Both the position numbers and the translations under genes were made by a program. Under the pieces are notes generated by a model. The model searched no databases. It worked only from the letters and a program-made list of their open reading frames with translations, and had not been told where the DNA came from. Source: an uncultured Rivularia sp. (lineage in GTDB: Bacteria; Cyanobacteriota; Cyanobacteriia; Cyanobacteriales; Nostocaceae). Taken from it: DNA of 64,000 nt. Below, in pieces: positions 57,422-64,000 of the stretch. Location of the stretch: contig OY762007.1 of assembly GCA_963665115.1 (NCBI GenBank), forward strand, positions 1,216,001 through 1,280,000. Reading direction: 5' to 3'. The stretch's first letter is position 1, and each line of letters starts with the position of its first letter.

Positions 57422-57739
57422 TTGTTTACAACTAGAGATTTACTTACCATGCGAAATATCAATAATCAAAAACTCGATAAAGAAGCAATAAATATTTTGT
57501 ACGGTAACGATCGGGGATGTTTTTCTAATATGTGGAAATATGATATAGATAGTCTTGATTTACACGATAATAAAACAAAATTAAAAACTAAACATTTAGG
57601 TAACGAAATCTTTGCAATTTGCTTGATTGCAACTCTTTTTTCGATCGGCTTTGGAGGTAGTCATTTAATTAAAAGTAGGACTAAGGGGCAATTGATTTAT
57701 CATCCAGTTCCACAAACATCTAGTACTATTCGTCAATGA
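57422..57739 (+). CDS. Small single-TM hypothetical protein (likely ATG at 57449)
   Basis: Hydrophobic segment IFAICLIATLFSIGFGG. Confidence 0.5.
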   Translation: MFTTRDLLTMRNINNQKLDKEAINILYGNDRGCFSNMWKYDIDSLDLHDNKTKLKTKHLGNEIFAICLIATLFSIGFGGSHLIKSRTKGQLIYHPVPQTSSTIRQ

Positions 57740-57821
57740 AAAATAGTTTAAGCAAAGCTAAACTGACATGAATAAACCAGGATAATAACAAATCAAATCA
57801 TATTCAAATAGAATTTATCTG

Positions 57822-58055
57822 ATGGCACATTCTAAAAATAGTGTTGTTCCGCTAAAACCGGAATTTAGGCAATATGTTCGCTCAAGTGTGGTAGAAAATA
57901 AATCTGAATCTACAGCTAAATCAGGTTTGATATATGTAATAGTAATAATTATTTGGTGTTTTGGAATGCTGCTGTTAGCTAAAGCTAGCCATAAGTTTTT
58001 ACAAGAGATTTGTCTTAATTCAGTTCAAAAAATACATTTGAAAGTGAAGTATTAG
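57822..58055 (+). CDS. Small single-TM hypothetical protein
   Basis: Hydrophobic segment LIYVIVIIIWCFGMLLL. Confidence 0.5.
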   Translation: MAHSKNSVVPLKPEFRQYVRSSVVENKSESTAKSGLIYVIVIIIWCFGMLLLAKASHKFLQEICLNSVQKIHLKVKY

Positions 58056-58124
58056 TAGTCAACCGCATTAATTTTGCAGGGTAAATTATTCGTAGTGGGA
58101 GCGTCTCGCTCCCTGGTTGTCCTT

Positions 58125-58438
58125 CTAATCTAATTGTTGCATTTCCCGTTTCAATATCCCATAATCTAACTAATTTTACCGCGTTACCATCGCTTCCCGT
58201 AGCTAAATTTTGCCGTCATGGCTTAAAGCAACTGCAAGTAGCCAATTAATCGGAATTATGACTTTCAAGTGTATGCAATTGTCTTGCAGAGTCAACTTCC
58301 CATAAATATATTTGATCGTCAATGGCTGTAGCGAATAAGTTGTTTGTTGGACTGAATTTTGCCGCAAAAATACTACTTAAAGTGTTGGTAAATATTGATT
58401 TACTTAAATCGGAATTAGCAAAGTTTGTTTGTACCCAT
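58125..58438 (-). pseudogene. Remnant of a pentapeptide/WD40 (NB-ARC-WD40-type) gene
   Basis: Broken frames read TNFANSDLSKSIFTNTLSSIFAAKFSP...YLWEV...HTLESH and WLLAVALSHDG..LATGSD...LWDIETG. Confidence 0.7.
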
Positions 58439-58454
58439 TTCTAAGCATTATTTT

Positions 58455-59514
58455 TTACAATTCAAAATTTTCCTTAATAATCACATTTCCCAAACTAATT
58501 TGTATACTAAATTTTTTCCCTGGTTTCCCCTTGAAAGGTTTCAATTGAATGTAATTATCTTGAATTCTAGACGTAACTTCTTGGAGGGTTTTACCAGCTT
58601 TAGAAATTAACAGCAACTTGATATTCTGCGGTAAATATTTTTCGCTATTCATGGGATATAGCTGAGCTAAAACGTTAATTTTATCTTCACTAATTTCATC
58701 TTGACTGTCAGCAGATTTATCAGGAGATATATTAACTAGCAGCGCAACTTTTCTATTACCCAAATCTATGCCTAAATCAATAATTTTCGCTTTTTTAGTA
58801 GCTTTATCAAGATTTCTGGTACTAAAAGCTAAATTTAATTCTGGATTGGAAATGGAATCTATTGTTTGCCAAGCTTCATCAATTACTCCTTGCAACCATT
58901 GACTTAACTTAGTGGTAGTTGTGTTTACAAGTTTGGATAAACTTTGATTCGCAACGGGTAGAGCAAATTCGGATGCTTGCAAGTAACGCTGATACACTAA
59001 TAAATGGCTTGGTTCCATATCAAATAGAGACAGGGGTAGTTGATAACAACCTTCATCTACAGATAATTTCAAACTACTTTTAATCTCTATCAATTGATTG
59101 TAAGGTAAAAAGCCTCTAATTATAACTTCTTCCTCTTCTTCCAATACCTCTAAAAGCACATAATAATGGGCTGTTAATTCCGGCTTTTCGATTACCGCTT
59201 GTGGTATTTTGACAACTTCATCTAACAAATGCTCGGTGGCGATCGCACAAAATTTGAAGTCATCAATTTTGAGATTTCCAACAGTTTCAATAAAGCTGGT
59301 ATCTCTGGATACTACTTTATTTGGTAAGCGCTCGCATAACCATTCCTCAAATGCAAGTAGTGCTAATGCATTAAGATAGGCTTGCCAAGAATCGTTAGGA
59401 TTAGTGGTATCTAAAGAACTGATTTTTTGTGCTAACAAGAAATGTTCGGGTTTCTAACCAGACGGTTTCTCGTAGCAAAAGCCTTAACTCTTGAGAATAA
59501 GTTGAATTTGGCAT
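58455..59514 (-). CDS. DUF1822-family protein; apparent frameshift at ~59452
   Basis: MPNSTYSQELRLLLRETVWLE then PEHFLLAQ; WQAYLNALALLAFEEWL, AHYYVLLEVLEE, LSQWLQG, ENFEL. Confidence 0.82.
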
Positions 59515-59702
59515 GATCTTACCTAGTGTATAAAGGTAAATAGTTGTGAGCCGGAAAAGCTTATGCAGTTTATTATATGACTCTATGGACTTATGGTAAG
59601 ATTTTTAATTAAGGATATAAGCCTCATACTTTAGGCTAAGTTAATTTTGAATTTTGAATTTTGAATTTTGAATTGTTTTGACTATTGCTTACCTATCTGT
59701 TT

Positions 59703-61175
59703 CTAGCATAATTTAGCTTCTTGCCCCTGTAGAGATTGTTGAATATAACAACGAAGTTCCTTAGCATATGGACTATTCATCGTCCGATTTTTACCCGCTC
59801 TAATTTCTTCGGCAGCTTGTTGAAATATTTCTCCATCAACATAGGATTCAATTTGTTCGGTTAAAGTTAGAAGATAATTTGCTTCGGGTGGAATTTTAGT
59901 TAAACCTTTCTCTGCGGCTTTTTTCAAAATACTGTCCAACATCTGCTCAACCGTTTTAGTACGCACTTTTAATAAAAGTTCTCCGGGATTCAAAATTCGT
60001 CTTGCTTGATCCCAACTAGTCATTCCTAATTGAGGTGCAATCTCTTTTAAAGACATTGCTGATTCGTAATACAAATGCAATCCCTGAATGTATTTTTGAG
60101 CAAAAGACTGATACCTTTTACTTTTTTGTAATTTTTGAATATTAACTTCTACTTCTTGCTTAATTGTTTGGGACAAAGTTGCTTGAAGTGAGTCATGCAA
60201 AAACTTTAAAAAATCTTGCTGCTCTAAATCCGCTTCATTAAGTGATGAACTAGGTAAATCGCGTCTCGCTACATATGTACCGCTTTCACTATCGTATATA
60301 TCTAAAGATTCTCTAGAATTCCAAACATCGTACCTTCTTAACTGTAGAGCAATTTGTTTGAGTTCTTTAATTAACTGAACTTGAGTATTAATTTGAATTT
60401 GATGGTGCTGTAAATAAGATAGCATTTCTTCTAATTGAGCAGTAGTTGGATCGGGACATTTCTTGTTCCCTTTATTTTTTTGTTGCTGCCTGTCTCGACG
60501 ATAAACAGCGTGAAAAGCTTCGACAACGTAGTATTCTTGCGGTGATAAACGTTCAAGTTGTTTTTTTCTAGTTCTATTTAACAGTGCCCAGTCACTCGAA
60601 TGCTGAAAACCAAACTCCGATAAGAACTTTTTCAATTCGGGATTTTGTTTTGTTTGCAAATATGCCCAATTATCCAGACTCATCCGAGATTGTAATTCGG
60701 AGTTGAATGTTTGTAAAACCTTGACAGAAAAGAAGTTATACTCCGAAGCGCGAGTTTTAGAACTGTCATCTACCATTAGTTGAGTTTTCCCATCTCTGTC
60801 TAAAACAATTAATTTTTCTCCATCATCATTGAGAACAAACGGTAATAAATCCCGATAACTAAACTGTTTTTCACCACTAAATAAAGAATCCAATTTTTTG
60901 CATTCTCGCAAAATTGGCTCAGAAACATAGCATCTAAGACAAAGACCTGCCTTAGCGCAATTAATCGTATCTTCTCCACCATTTTCACCTTTAAAACGCG
61001 ATAATAGAATATTTTGTTCGTTACTATCTTCTACATCGAAGACTTGACTATTTGTAAATTCTTGAGCAACGGTAACATGAAATTGTTTATACCCGGATTT
61101 TTCCGCAGCAGGGTTAATCCGCCAAATTTTCCAATATCTTGAAGAAGTATTCATAGTCAATGTATCACTCGTCAA
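59703..61175 (-). CDS. Large sigma-70-like / HTH protein paired with DUF1822
   Basis: AGLCLRCYVS, SDWALLN, FHAVYRRDR, HTH MSLKEIAPQLG...ARRI. Paralog of 28925..30496. Confidence 0.6.
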   Translation of the reverse strand: MTSDTLTMNTSSRYWKIWRINPAAEKSGYKQFHVTVAQEFTNSQVFDVEDSNEQNILLSRFKGENGGEDTINCAKAGLCLRCYVSEPILRECKKLDSLFSGEKQFSYRDLLPFVLNDDGEKLIVLDRDGKTQLMVDDSSKTRASEYNFFSVKVLQTFNSELQSRMSLDNWAYLQTKQNPELKKFLSEFGFQHSSDWALLNRTRKKQLERLSPQEYYVVEAFHAVYRRDRQQQKNKGNKKCPDPTTAQLEEMLSYLQHHQIQINTQVQLIKELKQIALQLRRYDVWNSRESLDIYDSESGTYVARRDLPSSSLNEADLEQQDFLKFLHDSLQATLSQTIKQEVEVNIQKLQKSKRYQSFAQKYIQGLHLYYESAMSLKEIAPQLGMTSWDQARRILNPGELLLKVRTKTVEQMLDSILKKAAEKGLTKIPPEANYLLTLTEQIESYVDGEIFQQAAEEIRAGKNRTMNSPYAKELRCYIQQSLQGQEAKLC

Positions 61176-61592
61176 ACAAATATTTATACAACACTCTTAC
61201 CATGTATATGGATGTTAGTAGATAGGAATTATGCAGGATATACAGCAGATTTCATTTAAGTGAGGTACACATCGTTTCTAGAGGAAGTAGTGAGTAGGGA
61301 GTAGTGAGTAGGGAGTAGGGAAATGTACCTCATATACCTGCAAAGTGCTGTAGGTGTAGGTTGTTGAAATAATTTATTTAAGATACATGAGGCATTCCTT
61401 GAGTTAAGTCTTCAATAAGTTTAATTTTCATCGGTTTTTATGTTTCAATAAATCTCTATTTTAAAAGATGGGGCAATTTTTCGGCAAACCTACTAAGCTA
61501 CCCCACGCAGTTTGATATTTTTTATTTTGAATTCAAAAAATTGTCATAGATAATGAGCTTGATACAATAATGCAATAAATAATAGCTAATAA

Positions 61593-62369
61593 CTAAATCG
61601 CTCTCAAAGGGCAAATTTGTTTACCAACAACTGTATCCATCACAACAACTTCTAAACCAAAAACTTGTCGAATATTTTCTGGATTCATCACAAGATTAGT
61701 TTCTCCATCCACCAAAATCTCACCGTTAAATAGCATTGCTAATCTATTACTGTATCTAGCGGCTAAATTCAGTTCGTGTAATACGGTGATAATTGTTAAT
61801 CCTTGTTCTAAGTTTAATTTTTTGAGTAAGTCTAATAGCTGTAGCTGATAGCGTAAGTCTAAATATGTAGTGGGTTCATCTAATAGTAACACCTGCGGAT
61901 TTTGCGCTAAAGCTAAAGCAAGAAAAGCTCTTTGTCGCTCTCCACCCGATAATCTTTCTACCGGACGATTTCTAAACTTTTCAATTCCCACAGCATGAAT
62001 TGCTGACTCTACCTTATCCCTATCTTGAGCATCTAATTCCCATTGCCACCAACTTTGATGGGGATTGCGTCCCAAACTTACTAACTGATAAACGCTTAAA
62101 CCCGCAGGTACAGTTTGCTGTTGCGGCAATAATGCCATTTTTTGCGCTACTTCTACAGCACTTTGATTGTGAATTGCTTTTCCATCTAACAATATTCTCC
62201 CCTTTTGCGGTGAAAGTATCCTGCTAATAAGTTTGAGTAAAGTGGATTTACCAGAGCCATTCGCACCGACTAAACTCAACCACTCACCGCTAGCAATATC
62301 AAGGTTGATATTACGAACAATTGGCTTCTTAGAATAACCACCAGTAAGACGATTAACATTTAATGACAT
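61593..62369 (-). CDS. Iron-chelate/cobalamin ABC transporter ATP-binding protein (FecE-like)
   Basis: GANGSGKST, LSGGERQR, LLLDEPT, HELNLAARY. Confidence 0.92.
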   Translation of the reverse strand: MSLNVNRLTGGYSKKPIVRNINLDIASGEWLSLVGANGSGKSTLLKLISRILSPQKGRILLDGKAIHNQSAVEVAQKMALLPQQQTVPAGLSVYQLVSLGRNPHQSWWQWELDAQDRDKVESAIHAVGIEKFRNRPVERLSGGERQRAFLALALAQNPQVLLLDEPTTYLDLRYQLQLLDLLKKLNLEQGLTIITVLHELNLAARYSNRLAMLFNGEILVDGETNLVMNPENIRQVFGLEVVVMDTVVGKQICPLRAI

Positions 62370-62423
62370 AATATTTAGTTGTTAGTTGATAACTCATAAC
62401 TGATAACTGATAACTGATAACTG

Positions 62424-63435
62424 TTAACTGTTCATCGTTCCGGAGCCGCGATACAGTAACCAAATAAATAGAGGAGAAACCGAGTAATGCTGTTACCGCA
62501 CCAACGGGTAATTCCACTGCTCCCAATCGAGAAAGTAAATCTGCAAAGGTTAATAACCATGCACCCCCAAGGGCTGAAAGCGGTAAGCACAAACGATAAT
62601 CGGTACCAACAAGTAAGCGTACTCCGTGAGGAACTACCAAACCAACGAACCCGATTAATCCAGCGATACTTACTGCACCTGCTGCCAAAAGTGTGGCTAC
62701 AGCACCAATTAATATCCGACTGCGTACTAAAGAAACTCCCAAACCTACAGCCAAATCATCTCCTAAAGCCAGTACGTTTACCCATCTTGCGAGCAAACAT
62801 CCTGCAACTAATGCTACCAACATATAGGGAGCAGCCACTTTGACTTCATTCCAACCCCGTCCGTTTAAGCTACCAATAAGCCAATTTAATGCTTGCTGTA
62901 CTCTACCGTCTTCCGCTAAAAGCAATAATGTACTCTGGAGCGCACCTAAAAGCGAACTGACTGCAACTCCTCCTAGTATCAATTTTTCAACGCGGATTCC
63001 TCCTTGTCCGCGACCGAGAAAAATGACTGTAATTGCAGTTAAAATAGCTCCCAACCATGCTGCAAAAGGAATCCATGCCGTCCATAATTCCAGAACAATC
63101 ATTGCTACAGTAACTAATCCTGCACCAGAAGAAATACCCAGAATAAAGGGACTCGCAAGACTGTTTCGTAACATTCCCTGCAATAATGCTCCCGACATTC
63201 CCAAAGCCGCACCTACTAGCATAGATGCAATAATGCGCGGTATTCGTAAATCCCAGACAATTGTTTGTTTCAGAGGGTCGCCTTTATGCAATAATGCTTG
63301 CCAGATATCTGACAAACTCATAGGCACCGCACCTTGAGATATAGATAATCCCAAGGTGAAAATAAGGGCAACACTCAGTATTGCAACAGCTATAAGCAAG
63401 CGACTACTAATTATATTTTGATTAGCTTTGTACAT
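62424..63435 (-). CDS. FecCD-family ABC permease; apparent frameshift at ~62478
   Basis: LRIPR, RNSLASPFILGISSGA, IGFVGLVVPH, ELPVG. Removing one T gives LGSPLFIWLLYRGSGTMNS with stop at 62424. Confidence 0.9.
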
Positions 63436-64000
63436 TTTTTCTGGGAACTTTATTGATTCAGGGAATATAGCAGTCCCTCAATACAATGACTTAGGAGCGA
63501 GCATCCCAAATATTTTTCAACAATTGGGATGCCCCCGATTCAGGATTGCTATACAGCAAATTAACTTTTAGGGGAAAACGATATAGGTTTAATCCTTTAA
63601 ATAAACTTCCACCGTTTCCACCAAGAACGTTTATTCACCCAAAAAATGGCTGGTGTCATTATCGTAGTTATAATATTTCTTATTTAATAGCCTATCACTA
63701 ACTATTCTCAACTACTGATAAATAAATCACCAACTTCAAGATAATACTCTAAAAAAATATTAATTATTCACCTTCAGTCAAGCCTGAATGGATTAAAAAT
63801 CCAAAAAACACTTTACTAGAAACTAATCACGGAAAATATTCGAGTTGCTAAGTCAATGAAAAAACAATTGACAAAATATATCAACTAATTTATTCTGATT
63901 ATTTATACATCAGGATGTCAGTTTTTGACAAAGAATTGTGCTCATACCAGCCATAAGCACATATTCTTCACTCATCTCATGCCGAGTGTTTACGTTTTGT

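Noticed and set aside
63436..64000. Cobalamin riboswitch upstream of the Fec-type ABC genes; 20-aa Trp-rich ORF near 63600-63660
   Set aside because: No B12-box or other conserved riboswitch elements are visible. The short ORF has no RBS or attenuator support.

Overview
AT-rich cyanobacterial chromosome segment. HIP1 sites (GCGATCGC), heptamer tandem repeats and short dispersed palindromes suggest a filamentous Nostocales/Rivulariaceae-like strain (inference). The core is a far-red light photoacclimation (FaRLiP) cluster split into two halves. The left half is psaJ2-psaF2-psbB2-psbC2-psbD3-apcD3-apcE2-apcD2-apcB2-apcD5-psbA3 on the minus strand, divergent from rfpB-rfpA-rfpC. A ~14 kb signalling block follows, then an RfpC-like pseudo-receiver, chlF, psaA2, psaB2, psaL2 and psaI2. 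Main observations: (1) psaF2 is interrupted by an intact IS630 with a TA duplication. (2) An unannotated 59-aa ORF between psbC2 and psbB2 aligns without gaps to PsaJ/PsaJ2. (3) Three FaRLiP promoters share CTTCA-N6-(C/A)TTCA-N11-(-10), a candidate RfpB box. (4) Two paralogous sigma-like + DUF1822 modules each have their own fixed-spacing bipartite promoter motif. (5) Integron-type gene cassettes with attC sites directly abut an orphan 3-repeat CRISPR array. About 12 frameshifts are all extra bases in short homopolymers and are most likely assembly errors. Flanks carry an IS1634 end, a ShlB/CHAT/DUF928/CHASE2/response-regulator cluster, dus, a CHAT-TPR gene and a Fec-type ABC transporter.
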